Positions 12,993 to 27,634 of a DNA stretch of 64,000 bases are shown here, piece after piece. The notes under the pieces were generated by a model that ran no database searches, had not been told where the DNA came from, and saw nothing but the letters and a program-made list of their open reading frames with translations. Position numbers and translations under genes: made by a program. Location: assembly GCF_006345805.1 (NCBI RefSeq), contig NC_043010.1:54870001-54934000 (forward strand), written 5' to 3'. Numbering within the stretch: position 1 is the first letter of the stretch; the number at the start of each line of letters is the position of its first letter. The stretch comes from Octopus sinensis. Taxonomy: Eukaryota.

Positions 12993-14069
12993 ACATATAT
13001 GTACGCATGTGCATAAAATCTTTTACGTTTCCAGCCAATATAAACGTTCTCTGAAATAGCAGAACACCAGCAGCCAATTTAATAATGCTTAAAAACGAAA
13101 TCCTTGTCGTAGCTTCAGTCTTATTTACCGAGTGAATCAACTTCAATTTCTCTCTTCCACGCCTTACCTCCATTTTTCTCTTTCTAATTCAATCATTTAA
13201 TTACTATCTAACTCCCTAATTTCTCACTCCACATATCTCCCATTGACATTTGTTTAAAATTACAAGCTAAACGGAACGACAAGATATTCTGTTCGGTGTA
13301 ATCTCTCCAATGATGAAAGATGTCTTTGCGAATTATCCGTTAAGAGACTGACTGTCAACCTACTTACTTGCCTACTTTTGCTAATCAATTTTCTCCATAG
13401 GTTGCTTAAAAGCGATGCTGATTGAAATATCGCCAATTCAAAATCAACATGTTATATTGTGTGTGAAATGGCGTTATTTAAACATCATACACAGATGTTT
13501 ACTAAGCTAATTCAATAAAATGTATTCATTTTAACGTCAGCGAACGATTTCAACCGAGTTTAAGTCATGTACAGGGAAGCTTCAGTCATAGTTGACCTAA
13601 TCTACACGTTTCTAACGCCTTATTATTGATTCTCCAACTACTAAAGTTACACCGTTTCACAGATACAAACAATGATGGTGATAAGAGCCGCTTTCAACTT
13701 GCTGCAATTAGGTGCTGAGTGAATAATATTCTCATCAGTGTAAATAGCAGAAACACGCGAATCGTGCGGTACGCTCACATTCAATCCAGTTTTTCGAACG
13801 GTATTAGGGGAAAAGGTTTTGCCAACATTACATATAAGTGAAGAGAGCACATAAATAATCACAAACACTAACACACATATAAATACATTTACCCATATAT
13901 AAACATACTCACGCAAAAATATTGAAATTTACAGTTGTGTACACAGACGAATATATGCACTAAGATACAAGGACACACAAACATCCCTACATACACAAAT
14001 ATAGGTCAAATGCTTAAAATTTCGCGTACTTATCGACCTCAAAAGTCGACCTCACCTCTTTAAATCCAT

Positions 14070-14406
14070 AAAAAATGTTTCAGCCCGAAAGTTGCGGCCA
14101 TGCTGGGGCACCACCGTTGAATGAGCTACACTAGTACGTGAAACCACATCTGATGCGTGGCACTTGTTCAACAAGGGAGTTCGACGCCGCTGCCCGCATC
14201 TGTGTTTCCTGCTGTGAGGTAGGTTCATCTGAGATCCCTGACAAGAAGAGATCCAGTTTAATTTTTAAGAAACCCACATCCACACCATGCAGGTCTTTGA
14301 GGCGTTTAGGAAGGAGATTGAAGAGCTGTGGTCCCATGAAACTGAAGCTGTTGCAGCATCTGGTCCTGTATTTTGATGGTGATGTCGGGATCTTTGGCAC
14401 CAGGAA
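14070..14406 (-). mobile_element. CR1/L2-group LINE, 5'-truncated 3' end
   Basis: ORF 14131-14400 reads ...CNSFSFMGPQLFNLLPKRLKDLHGVDVGFLKIKLDLFLSGISDEP, typical of the CR1-type ORF2 C-terminus. The 3' tail is GGTGGTGCCCCAGCATGGCCGCAACTTTCGGGCTGAAAC. Confidence 0.8.
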
Positions 14407-15112
14407 GTAAAGAGGGACGAAATGCCGACATGCGCTTTGCCCGGCGTGCGAACGTACGGAGAAAGAAACGTCTGCAATTCATAGCTAGGTAACAAACATA
14501 GGATATAGTCATTTCATTCTATATTGTAAACATAGGCCAGTAATAAAATATAAGTAATAAAATATATATTATGATTCTGTCCATCTGAATGTAAAATATA
14601 ATGAATTGAAAAAAATACTGTGGAAAAATAGGGAAACCTCAGCATTGTAGAAGAGTATATATGAACGAAATATTCAATGCAAATTTACGATTCGTATGTA
14701 ATCACACATTTTTGCATTCATATTTAACAATGTAAGCACGTGGTTGAATGAAAGTATCAGTAATGGGTGATGTTGCAGCTTGTGCAAACATTCTGCCATA
14801 AGTATGATGATAAACACACACACAAACACACTAACACACGCACACACATGTATACACATAAACGGTGCGTATATTCGTGTGTGTATCTATATTTGTGTGT
14901 ATGTATATATTTATAAACTTATACATACATGTATATCTACTTATGTATATTTACGCGCGCACACACCCTCACATACAAACACACATGTATATATGCACCC
15001 ACACATAAGAAGGACGTATATGCTGTGTGTGTATTTATTCATTAATATACATGTATATCTATTTATGTATATTTGCACCCCACCACATATACAATATATT
15101 ACAGAATAGATA

Positions 15113-15318
<206 letters not shown>

Positions 15319-15373
15319 TATGCCCATGCAAATATCCACGTACATATGTATGGCTACAATTATATACATTACG

Positions 15374-15725
15374 TGTGGTTAGGGCATCGGACTCACAGTC
15401 GTAGGATTGCGGGTTCGAATCCCAGACCGGGCGATGTGAGTATTTATTGAGCGAAAATACCTAAAGTTTCACCAGGCTCCGGCAGTGAGCGGTGGCGAAC
15501 CCTGCTGTACTCTTTCTCTCAATCTTTCTTCCTGTTTCTGTTGTACCTGTATTTCAAAGGGTCAGCCTTGTCACTGTCTGTGTCACGCCGAATCTCCCCG
15601 AGAACTACGTTAAGAGTACACGTGTCTGTGGAGTGCTCATCCTGTAGAACGTTAATTTCCCGAGCAGGCTGTACCGCTGATGGAATCAACTCGAACCCTC
15701 GTCGTCGCTACCGACGGAGTTCCAC
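15374..15725 (+). mobile_element. SINE-A, diverged
   Basis: Colinear with 12565-12948. Confidence 0.85.
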
Positions 15726-15981
15726 GTATACATTATGTAATGTAATATTAATTGTAATTATTGAATATGTAACACTGATGGTTTATGCTTTACGTAGAAT
15801 AGAATATAATATGTCTCGGATTTAAAAATAATAATGTTTTTATTGTTTTATGTCCTTGAGTCATTTGACTTCGGCCATGTTGGAGGATAGCTTTTCAGTC
15901 AAAGAAATTGATCCCAGGACTTGTGTACTGTAATTCTGTTATTTATTCTGTTACAGAGATCTAAAACACACTAACATAGGT

Positions 15982-16028
<47 letters not shown>

Positions 16029-16074
16029 GTATCAAACACTCCGCCCCCCATATATATATATATACGCAAACATA

Positions 16075-16370
16075 TATTCTAGCCTTAGCTCGAGGGCGGC
16101 GGCCACGTTGCGGCAATGCCATCTGCATTGCTAAATTTTCAGTTAAGCTCCTGTGACGGGTGGTATTTGCTGAATGAGGGGATTTGATGTTGCTGCCCTC
16201 ATCTGCGTTTCTTGCTGGGAGTTAGATTCAACTGGAACACCTGAAAGGAGGAACTTCTGTTTTATGATAATGATACTACATCCAAACCATGTACGTCTTT
16301 CAGGCTTTTTGAACGGGGTGAAATTGAAGCCCTAGCCGTTGCAATAACTGGTCTTGTATTATGCACATAT
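16075..16370 (-). mobile_element. Second CR1-like LINE 3' fragment (same family as 14070-14406)
   Basis: Translates to KSLKDVHGLDVV...LLSGVPVESNSQQETQMRAATSNPLIQQIP, versus KRLKDLHGVDVG...SQQETQMRAAASNSLVEQVP in the 14 kb copy. The tail is degenerate. Confidence 0.75.
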
Positions 16371-16741
16371 ACACCTGTGTGTGTATGTGTGGGTATGAAT
16401 TAGAGATGCTGTATTGATAATTGCGTACATTTCTGTCTATGCTTGTCTCTGTAGTATCTGTAGCATGGTTATGTCAAAATCTGCGAAACAAGATTTCGAT
16501 AAACAACGATCGATGAAAGGACTACAGGAAAAAGGATTATCTCATGGATAATTGATCTATCGACATGAAACACTACGGTATTCTCACAAGCTTTGACAGC
16601 TCTAGCCGATGAAAAATATGACCTGCTAAATTTGCACATGAAAGAAATCGATATGTAATTTATTTGATTTATCAGTAAACATACGATCACACGCATACAA
16701 ATCATTACATATGCATCTCTACTCCCGTAGATATATGTGAG

Positions 16742-16816
<75 letters not shown>

Positions 16817-16821
16817 GTGTG

Positions 16822-16860
<39 letters not shown>

Positions 16861-16879
16861 TGGCATATATGTATACGCC

Positions 16880-16913
<34 letters not shown>

Positions 16914-17315
16914 GATAGATAGATAGATACATACATACACATATATATATTGCCATATATGTATACGCATCTATCTATCTTTCTATATATATATCTATAT
17001 CAGATCCAGGGATCGAGGTGCATGAAGAAATGTAGCTTCAAGCAATCGGATGTAAATATGGAAAAAAGACCGAGTTTCAGGGACAAAAGTGGTTTATTGA
17101 GATGGAAGAGTGTGGGATTTTTCGTATCGAAGCACGATAAACTGTATAACAGCCCTTTTTATTTTTCACGGTAGGCGACCAGGGTTTCGGGCTGTGGGAA
17201 TAAGAATGCTTCATAGCAAGCGGAACCTCAGAAGTGGTAAATATCCAAGCATATCCGAGGCTACACTTCTGGCGAAGGATATCTTGATTAAAGGAAAGTT
17301 AACACAAGGAAGATT

Positions 17316-17398
<83 letters not shown>

Positions 17399-17446
17399 TA
17401 CGTACATAAAATAATAATAATAATAAAATAATAATAATAATAATGA

Positions 17447-17560
17447 TAAAGCTATTCGAAGGCTACAGATCCAACCCATCACTGGAACTGTAAATATCTG
17501 TAAAACCTCCTTTCCAGAAGTTTATCATTTAAATATATATGAGCATAGAAATCTGCACAT
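17447..17560 (+). mobile_element. Possible 3' end of a restriction-like-endonuclease LINE
   Basis: IRRLQIQPITGTVNICKT resembles the C-terminal GT motif of R4/NeSL-type ORFs; it abuts an (AAT)n tract. Confidence 0.35.
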
Positions 17561-17619
17561 ACATAAATACGTACATGTATGCACATATGTATATATATAT
17601 ATATATATATGTGTGTGTA

Positions 17620-17654
<35 letters not shown>

Positions 17655-18020
17655 ATGCTTATGTATGTATATGCATACATATTGTAGTTAGCGGACATTT
17701 TATCCATATAACCAATTAGCTGTATTTCAATCTAACGAGTGGCAAAATTTGCTTGCGCTTAATCTCTTTCCCACATTGTCTCTGTCTCCCTGTCTCCCTC
17801 TCTCACAATATAATATATATACATGTACACACATACACACACTCACTCACTTACTCACACACACACGCGCACACACACACATACACACACACAAACACCC
17901 GTACCCCTTCGCACGCACATATATATAACCCGCACTCTGGTTTACATATTTAAACAAATCTTAATATCTACATTTAATAAGATGGTGTTTGTTCTGTTAC
18001 AACATTTCAGTTGAAATATA

Positions 18021-18160
18021 CGAGAGGGTTCTGAAATCTTCCTGGCTTTAAGTGTATCGCAAAATACCTGTATTGGCTCAACTCCCTAGTTTTATTATTA
18101 AAATAACATTTCACAGTGCTTAAACAAACTGTGGGACCGCTGCAATAATTGTGAATCTGT
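18021..18160 (+). mobile_element. Mariner-derived MITE remnant (left end)
   Basis: TA|CGAGAGGGTTCTGAAATCTTCCTGGCTTT resembles mariner TIRs (TA CGAGGG..TGAAAAGTT). The right TIR was not found. Confidence 0.5.
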
Positions 18161-18908
18161 ATCAATTAACTGACTGTCCAGTATTTTCTTTTATTCCAAA
18201 CTAGTAATATTTCAGCACCCACTCAGAATCCTTCCACTTAATAAAGAAATTAATTAAGAAATTTACAAAATATTTTATAATGATTTAGTTAGAGTTGTTA
18301 AGTAAGTAACAAGAATATTTGATGAGAGGTTCAAATACTCTATAACAAGTTTCCACCATGCAACCTGCGCTTGTATCAGGACTGTTGATATCGAAATAGT
18401 TGTTTGATACGTACATCATTTGATCTCCAAGCTATATTTATTGGCTATCTATTTAACCCTTGCAATCGTTAAAACGATATGCATTCCATAAACGTCACTG
18501 TTCTAGATAGCTATCTTTCATTAGGTTATCATATTACCATTTTCTTGCAGCAGACAAGAAGTAAACAACACATCTTAAAATACGGTGTCTATGGGAAGTT
18601 GTTTGAGTCGTCAGAAGGTGATAGAACCTTCATAAAACGGCCCTTTGAAATAAAATTCATTGAATATCTTGCGTTTCTCTAAGCGAAGGAGTGCTAGCAA
18701 GGAAGCAGCAATAGATCTGAGATTGCATATATTTTATTGAAGTGTGTATTTTATAAAGAGATTATTATTATTATTATTAACATTCAGTAGTTTTATTTTT
18801 ATAACGTGCTTTCACTTCACTACCGAGCGCAAACTGTGTGCCTTGGGTATGTGCTGTGATTTGTTGTGATGCTCTGGTGGTTACTGTATTGAAAGTGTTC
18901 TGCGTAGG

Positions 18909-18939
<31 letters not shown>

Positions 18940-19457
18940 CGAGAACATCGTATTATATATAGAAGGTTTAGGCAACATTGCCTCGCCTTTAGAAATATGG
19001 CTTTCAAACGGAAAACGATTTATAAGACAGAAAGTATAACTGTCGACCTTTGCAATTAGGAATGTTTACGTAAACAATTCATAATTCTTCTGTTCTATTC
19101 TGTACCCACGAAATTCATAAAAATACACTTATGTCCATACCAACGTATAACTAAAAGATCAAATCGACAGACAAGTCAGTGATTTACATATACGAAAATA
19201 GCCAGACTGTAAACATGTGTGCACATATGCATATATGTGTGCATGAATGTTTTTGTATTGACATCTCTCAAGCTAAAGGAATACTCTGATGTAACATCTG
19301 CGAATTCGTTTACATCTAACCATGGAAAATAGTTCTCTTTTTTGCGCAAATACATTAATGACTAGAGAGTAAAAACGATCATATTCAACGCTTTTCCTCA
19401 CCTAAATAAATATCAAGTGTAGATATGATCTGATATACAATAATTACCTTGCGCGCT

Positions 19458-19625
19458 TATGTGAGAGCAGGGTATTGTAAGTACTCGTCTTTCTCTGTCT
19501 GTCTGTGTGTTTGCAAAATTACTGGAATACGGCTCAACGGATTTTCACCAAATTTAGCAGAAGTACTCATTAGATAAGTGGCTCGAAGTGACAAAAATTT
19601 CGTCTGATTATCTTGAAACATACAT
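19458..19625 (+). mobile_element. Helentron/HINE (DINE-1-like) non-autonomous fragment
   Basis: GCAGGGTATTGTAA, a (CTGT)n microsatellite, then ACGGCTCAACGGATTTTCACCAAATTT: the core pattern of DINE-1-like elements. Confidence 0.45.
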
Positions 19626-20371
19626 AAATACATACATTGAAACCCGACTCTGTGTGTGCCTATGTGTGTGCGCACAGGTTTGTGTGCACACAATGATTCG
19701 AGGGTTTCATTTATTTACGAGCTGATTTTTTAAATTTCATTGGAGAATAAATAATGGTGATATTTAAAGAAAAATGAATAAAAAATCGAGCTTACGAATT
19801 TCCCGATAAGCAACATTAGTGAAAAAATTACAAGCTTAATTCAGTTCAATTTGAAAGAATGGATAAGCAACGCATTTGTAGCTACTGTGTAATTTGCGAC
19901 AAATTTTATCTGTGCTCAGGGTACGCATCGCCCCTCCGAGTCCTTTTTTGGTTTCATTATGTTATGTGTTGCATACCAAGACTGAGGTTAGCACGAAAGA
20001 CCGCGAACTCAATGAATAATTCCATGATTTAATGAAACTCTGTGACATCGTGTGTAGTAAGATGTATGACGGCATGCTGCAAGAAACAAGGGACGTTATA
20101 CATCACTAGTATCGATGACGGACCACATGCCTGTAGATGCTGTTTGGCAGAAAAAGAAATTAATGGCGTTGCTCTAAATGGAGTTACCGTCGCCATATAT
20201 ATAGATATACATATTGCTATGTGTACGCATCGGTGGGTTTTACCAGCAAATATTGTTTACAAAATTTGTATCTTGCCATGGATTCATGAATTTAGCTAAC
20301 GTCCAGTTGATTACATACATAAATACATACATAATAAGTATATACATACAAACATACATACATACATACAT

Positions 20372-20414
<43 letters not shown>

Positions 20415-20480
20415 AGTAAAAAAAAACACCTTTTATCATTCAATAATGAAAAATTAAATAATACCATTTAGAAAAATTAC

Positions 20481-20544
<64 letters not shown>

Positions 20545-21935
20545 CAGGGACAGATGAGAAAGAAAAGTACGAATGTCATTGTTCAAGGATGAGAAATTAT
20601 TAATTCCCTCTACTTTTTCTCAAACTGTAAGATGTAATAGTGATATCACGCTTACGTTGGGGCAATAACCTCTCAAAACAACTGGTTGATACATATAATA
20701 ATGTTCTTTTGGAAAGATTGTATCTGAATTTTAAAGTGGCATCATCATCTGTGAAGCAGTTTTAATCAAAGTGCTGCTTTTTATCATCAACTTATTGGTT
20801 AATCACAAAAATGATGGCGCATGAATAGCCATCCTTTTTTAGTTTGCTACATATATGTAATTAATTAAATTTCTCTAGGTTCTCATTACGTCTATAATAA
20901 CAACGCTATGTAAATCTTTGAGGGTTCGGTTTAGAATTTGTTATGATAGGCTCTTTTGAATAATAGGCTAAATTTCATTACAACTTCTCATCATACGGAA
21001 GAGAAGCAGTAAAATTCCTCCAAGCATGTGATATTTTGTGTCTGCAAATACTTACAACACATAGATTATGCCAACATTTCATTTCCGAAATATTAGCAGC
21101 AACCGGGAAAATATCTAAGAGTACGAATATTATGATGTGCATGGTGGTAATTCTGTTAAAGCTATTTCTGCTGACAAATCCAGAAGCATTGAATTGATGA
21201 AACTGTTCTTTGTAAATATTTATGCGGCTTCTTCAACGTAATAAAAACCACAACAGGCAGTTTCTTTTCAATTACGCATTGTGTTGGTGAAAGCAAACAC
21301 ATGTCATTTATATTTTTCGATTTATAAATAGTTACAAAAATTCTAAATGACTTTCAGCATTCAATTCTCTGTTTTAATTATTAAATGATGTTATATCTAT
21401 TTTGTTTACAGGTCCGTTTGCCAAAAAGTAACATATAGAAATTGGTGCTAAGAAATATTTCGGTGTTATTAAGGGGATAAACAAATATAAACAAGCCAAG
21501 AATATATATTTCAACATATGAGATTCAGTGATAGCTCATTTATGTAAATTAAAGAATTATCACGGCAAGGAATGCTTTCGGTTTCAATAAATTCCCAACG
21601 TGGCAAATATTAATTATTCTGTCATTCAAGTTTTGTTGTTATAAGCATTTACATGAATCAATTTCTATAACACTGAATAAATTTGGTAAGGGATATAATT
21701 GGAATAACACAAAAGGCAACCTGTAAGGGAATGTAGCTTCCTTGTCTTTTGTCAATATTTATCTTGGAAACAAATGGACCATTGATTTGGGGACTTTATA
21801 AAATATGGGTACTTGAAGTCAACATTTTACGAACAAGTCTCATATAAAGCTTATCGAGTGTTCACACACTGGCCTTGGTGAAAATCTATAGAACATTCTT
21901 CGAAGAATTGTAAAATTTAATATCTACTATATTAT

Positions 21936-22272
21936 TGTGAAGGCGCAGGGCTCAGTCGTAAGGGCGTCTAGCTTACGATCGTGAGGTTGTGAGCTCGAAT
22001 CCCGGACCGGGCTGCGTGTTATGTTCTTGAGCAAGACACTTTATTTCATGTTGCTCCAGTTCATACAGATGTAGAAATGAGTTGCAACATCACTGGTGCC
22101 AAGCTGTATCGGCCTTTGCTTTCACCTTGGATAACACTGGTGGCGTGGAGAGGAGAGACCGGTATGCACGGGCGACTGCTGGTCTTCCATAAATAACCTT
22201 GCCCGGACTTGTGCCTGGGAGGTGAACTTCCCAGGTGCAATCCCACGGTCAGTCATGACCGAAGGGACTCTC
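21936..22272 (+). mobile_element. SINE-C (tRNA head, CORE-like body, distinct tail)
   Basis: B box GAGCTCGAATCCC; body GTGTTATGTTCTTGAGCAAGACACTTTATTTCATGTTGCTCCAGT. Confidence 0.75.
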
Positions 22273-22803
22273 AACTATACTATAGAAGTATCCCACTAGA
22301 AGAGTCATTATTACGATGGTTGCAACGTATGCCATTAGTCGATCCGTATCTCTGGACTGTGTATTCAAATACTGCTCTCCGAAGTAGACATTCACGTTAA
22401 TTCTTTAAGCGTAAACATGTGTGCTTTCGCGTATCTCTAGCCTTAGCTATCCCTCCTCTCTCTCTCTCTCCTAAATGGTTCTAACCACACCTGGAAAAGA
22501 TTGTCACATATGATGAGATACGATCATGTAATGAGTTGAGGGTCAAACAAGTAAAATTTATCTATTGCTACATTCCAAACGAAGTCTTCTGTCTCCCTTG
22601 AGACGGAAGAACGATACGAATGCATATTACTTATTCGGCGCGTGAAATACTGTGTAGGACCCTTAGTATATTTCAGTAGCTTATAAGAAACTTCGGAGTC
22701 ACTATAAACAACATTTTTGTATAAAAATATTAAATATTGTGTAGTGGTTAAAAGCGCGGCAACTAAGACCAAGACTCCAAGTTCGATTCCAAGCAGTGAC
22801 CTA

Positions 22804-22863
<60 letters not shown>

Positions 22864-23240
22864 CTTTTCTACTCTAGGCACAAGGCCCGAAGATTTTAAG
22901 GAGGGAACCAGTCGATTACATCGACCCCGGTACGCAACTGGCACTTTATTTATCGACCCCGAAGGGATGAAAGGCAAACGTCCACGGAATTTGAACTCAG
23001 AACGTAGCGACAGACGAAATACCTAGTTCTTTACTACCCATAAGCGGCTAAACACAGAGAGGACAAACGGATTAAGTCTATTATATCGACCCCAGTGCGT
23101 AACTGGTACTTATTTAATCCACCCCGAAAGGAGGAAATGCAAACTGGACGTCGGCGGAGTTTGAACTCAGAACGTAACGTCAGACGAAATACGGCTACGC
23201 ATTTCGCCCGGGATGTTAACTTTTCTGCTAGCTCGCCTCC
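22864..23240 (-). mobile_element. SINE-G dimer (long-tail plus short-tail unit) within (AAT)n
   Basis: Same architecture as 9802-10183. The junction reads GAACTAGGTATTTCGTCTG, and (ATT)n lies on both flanks. Confidence 0.85.
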
Positions 23241-23254
23241 CTTAATAATAATAA

Positions 23255-23410
23255 TGACATCGAAATATACCTTAGGAATGAGAAACTAGATTCGAAATTT
23301 CCCCAAGATACCTGATGAAGGCTGGAGGGTATATCAGCCTAAAGGTTGTGTTAACAACAAACAATATGAGGAGAAATATCCATTAAATGTAAATAATGAC
23401 AATAATAATA
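23255..23410 (+). mobile_element. Penelope-like terminal repeat with decayed hammerhead motif
   Basis: ATAC-CTGATGA-A-GGCTG(10-nt loop)CAGCC-TAAA-GGTT-GTGT at 23307-23351; the expected GAAA-CGT is mutated. Confidence 0.55.
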
Positions 23411-23911
23411 AATATGTATTGGGTAAAAGTTCGAGTAACCCAATAGATTAATGTAAAAGTGGTTTTATTATAATTGAACATAAACAAGGCTGCGTGTTAG
23501 CAGAATCGTTATCACGCCGGGCAAAATGTTTAGCGGAATTTCGCCCGCTTTGTGTGGGACTTGTGAGAGAAAGATAGACAGAGAACAAAAAATTAGCATA
23601 AAGGAATGCGATTGATTTTATGTGTGAGGTGCATGGAAGCGAAAACCTGCAAACTAAATTATTTACGTGTGTTTTACAACTGTTCAATATTTACAGATAT
23701 TTTAAAATAACGTTATCAAATATATTCTAAACTTCAGTCTAATTTTCCTTTTTTGTTTCCAGAAAGGGAAATGAAAGGAAATAATTGAATAAAGTTAGTA
23801 TTTTTAATATACGAAAATAAATTGTATGAATGATATATTAAAAATAAAAAAAGGGTGCAAAACAGAAAAATAAACCACCTTCTCCTCTCTCTAGCTCTCT
23901 CTCTCTCTAGG

Positions 23912-23960
<49 letters not shown>

Positions 23961-24194
23961 TTATATATATATATATAATAAATATATATATATATACACA
24001 TACACATACATACATACATGTATACACAATGATACACACACACACTAACATATATATATATATATAGTGAGAGAGAGAGATAAATACATTTGTATTATAA
24101 ATATCCATATATACATATTTATATACACGCATATGCATATATCATATATATATATATACACACATATATATTATATACGAACACTTATATGTAT

Positions 24195-24259
<65 letters not shown>

Positions 24260-24501
24260 CACATACACGTATAAGCAGATACACAAACACAGATGTATGT
24301 GCATATATACCTACACGGACTCTTTGTACATGTTCTAAGAGAATATATTTTATATGTCTGTTCTTTCGGTATGTATTTATATATGCACACCCACCAAATA
24401 GATATATACCTCCATATATATATATACAGACACGCAGGCAGATAGACAAACAGACTGATTGATCGATAGATAGATATATAAATAGAAAAATAGATAGATA
24501 G

Positions 24502-24547
<46 letters not shown>

Positions 24548-24920
24548 TTGGAGACCTTGTATGGTTTTATGGAGGTAAAATGAGGAAATGAGAAATATAA
24601 TAATATAATATAATCACAAATAATGTATTAAATCAGTGAGGTTTAAATGCATTTTTGTTGCGTTTTACAAATAACTACATGGAATTCTCCGAATTATTGC
24701 CTGCTATATTTTGATGCATAAATAGATTAAAAGAAATGCCTTACTAACCCGTGACTGTTTCACAAGTCTAAAATTTTTTATTTCATATTATTTATTATCG
24801 TGGTAGCTTCATAAATTTCGCTTTGGCTATATATATTTTTCTGTAAACTTGGTAAATTCGAATTACACACAGTACTGATATATGTATGTATATATATATA
24901 TATAATATATATATATATAT

Positions 24921-24975
<55 letters not shown>

Positions 24976-25000
24976 TACATATATATATATATATGTATAC

Positions 25001-25033
<33 letters not shown>

Positions 25034-25862
25034 ATATATATTATATATATATATATATATATACATATATATTTATACATACACACACACACATATATAT
25101 ATATATACACACACGTGAACAAACGCTCATAGACTCACACACCACACACATGCACGCGATTGAAAGAACAAACATTGCAATTTGGTTAGGTTACTCTAAT
25201 TACGATTGTAGGATCGAGGTTTCGATTCCCAAAGCGCAATTCATGTTGTGCTCTAGAATCAAACACTTCAATTAACGTTGTTCTGCGATTCTTTTGACAT
25301 TGGCCAGTCCATCTTTTATCATGGTTGGCATTCTAACCATGGTCATGTCGGTCTTATCCTTATCGTTTCACGCATGGTTTGAGTGCTGCTTAGCGACGTT
25401 TGGTTGCTATTTGATGTAAATCCATACACTAGTTAGAAATTTCCCTCTTGGTTGTTTTGGGCGATGATATTACAGTTGTCTTCATTGGCATTGAAGCAAT
25501 TTTCGTCACTTCACACCTATTAATTATTCTGTATCCAACTGTTCATAATCCAGTATCATTTGCCATTGATGTCACTTATTCTTTAATTTCTTTTTTCATT
25601 TATTAGACTGTGCTCCTCCCGAGACACCGATGGTAACATCTTCAGTCGACCAAATCATCCGAAGACCTGTTTTTCTTTTTCTTTTTTTTTGAAAGACTGT
25701 TACTTGTCCTATCAGTATCTTCTACTGAATTGCTTACGTTATGGGGGACGTATACACAATAACACCGTTTGTAAAGCGGTGGTCGGACTCACACGTACAT
25801 ATACAAATATATACGTATATATGTCTATACTCAAACAAATACACAAAGACACAAACATTTAT

Positions 25863-25894
<32 letters not shown>

Positions 25895-25897
25895 GAT

Positions 25898-25947
<50 letters not shown>

Positions 25948-26029
25948 AACTTGGATAAACTTAGATATGTTTTGACCAAAGATTGGGCCAGGCCATGTCT
26001 AACTTAATAGCACCACCTGATATATATAT

Positions 26030-26231
26030 AGCTGGCAGAAACGTTAGCGCGCCGGGCGAAATGCTTCGCGGTATTTCGTCTGTCATTACGTTCTGAGTTC
26101 AAATTCCGCCGAGGTCGACTTTGCTTTTCAAATAAAGTACCAGTTTCGCACTGAGGTCGATATAATCGACTTAATCCATTTGTCTGTCCTTGTTTGTCAC
26201 TTCTATGTTTAGCCCCTTGTGGGTAGTAAAG

Positions 26232-26237
<6 letters not shown>
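26030..26237 (+). mobile_element. SINE-G long-tail monomer in (TA)n
   Basis: Colinear with unit 1 of 9802; ends GTAGTAAAGAAATA. Confidence 0.9.
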
Positions 26238-26279
<42 letters not shown>

Positions 26280-26282
<3 letters not shown>

Positions 26283-26445
26283 CCCGCATTCGCCATGATA
26301 GCTCGCTAGCCACTAAACCTTTTCTATTTTCTCTCCCTGTTTATTTGTGTGTTCCTTTCTGTTGAAGAACGTAGGCTCGAAACGTAAAATACTTTTACAC
26401 TTCCCGAGCGTTAAACTAAAACATCTGTTTGTTGTTTACGTTAAA
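26280..26445 (+). mobile_element. Penelope-like short element with hammerhead-like motif
   Basis: CTTT-CTGTTGA-A-GAAC-GTAG-GCTC-GAAA-CGTA-AAA at 26355-26389. A relative lies at 33885-34075. Confidence 0.5.
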
Positions 26446-27109
26446 GAACACTTCAATTCAATAAACTTTCTGCATTTTGGGATTCCAATATAACAATCCC
26501 AGCATCGCAATTTTTGTAATTTTTTTAATTGCTGCATATTCTAGTAGAATTTCTCGTCAAAAGCCCAGACAAGGCTGGTGGTTAAAAATCTAGCCGCGCA
26601 GCCATAGCGTTTCAGATTCAGTCCCATTGTGAGACACCTTGGGAAAGTGTCTTAGAATATATCCGCAGGCACATCGCAGATTTTTAAGTGGATTAGGCAA
26701 GAGAAACTGAATGAAATCAGTGATATACATATATACACACATACATACACGAATACATACAGAAAAATATACATACATACACAGACACGCACACGCACGT
26801 ACCAACGCATACCTCCCCCTCCACACACACACATATGCATATAAAATTTAACGATTAACCTGTCACCGTATTCTTTGAAATCTAGAAACCTGATAATATT
26901 CCTTATCCAGAGAAGCGAACCCGGTTTTACTCATCGGAAAAATTATGGCGAAAACTGACGCCTGGTTCTACTTGATGAGGTTAGCCGTAACCTGGAACAT
27001 ATCTGAGAGCTATCACAATACTTTACTGGATAATTTTATCTGTATATATACAAATTATATTATTATATAGATAGATAACATTATACAGACAATATATAAC
27101 ATTATATAG

Positions 27110-27634
27110 ACATAGACGGAGGCATACGTCTAATGCTTGGAGGAGGTAATAATACCCTGAGTCAAGAGGGTGACTGTTAGGAGACACTATATCTGACAAA
27201 AGGACTATGCACCATGCAACGTAAACAGCAGATCCCTGTCATGGCTGTCAGACAACTCATTTGAACACACTACCCCTAACATCTGGCTATTTAACTCTTC
27301 AGACTGCAACCTCCTTAAATATTATGTGTGAGGCACATTTGAGCGAGACACCAACAAAACTCCTTGTGGCACTAAAGATGAACTAAAGGTAAAGATTATG
27401 ACAGCATTCACCAGCTTGAGCAAGGACACCGTTCAGAAGAGTTGCAGGAGATTTTGAAGTCGTCTGGAAGGAGTGGCTGAAGTCAATGGCGATTTTATTG
27501 AATAAATTTACCCTTCAGAATTTATTTTTTGTTTTTGGCAGATGTTTCAGCTCATAGCTGCGGCCATGCTTATGCACCGCCGTTAGAAATATGGAACGCT
27601 TCACGAATTTAAGTGTGATCCATGCGCAGAGGCC

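Noticed and set aside
16500-17280. RTE/CR1 endonuclease relic split by (TA)n (..WKSVGFFVSK..)
   Set aside because: Only one short motif resembles APE domains, which is insufficient without a profile search.
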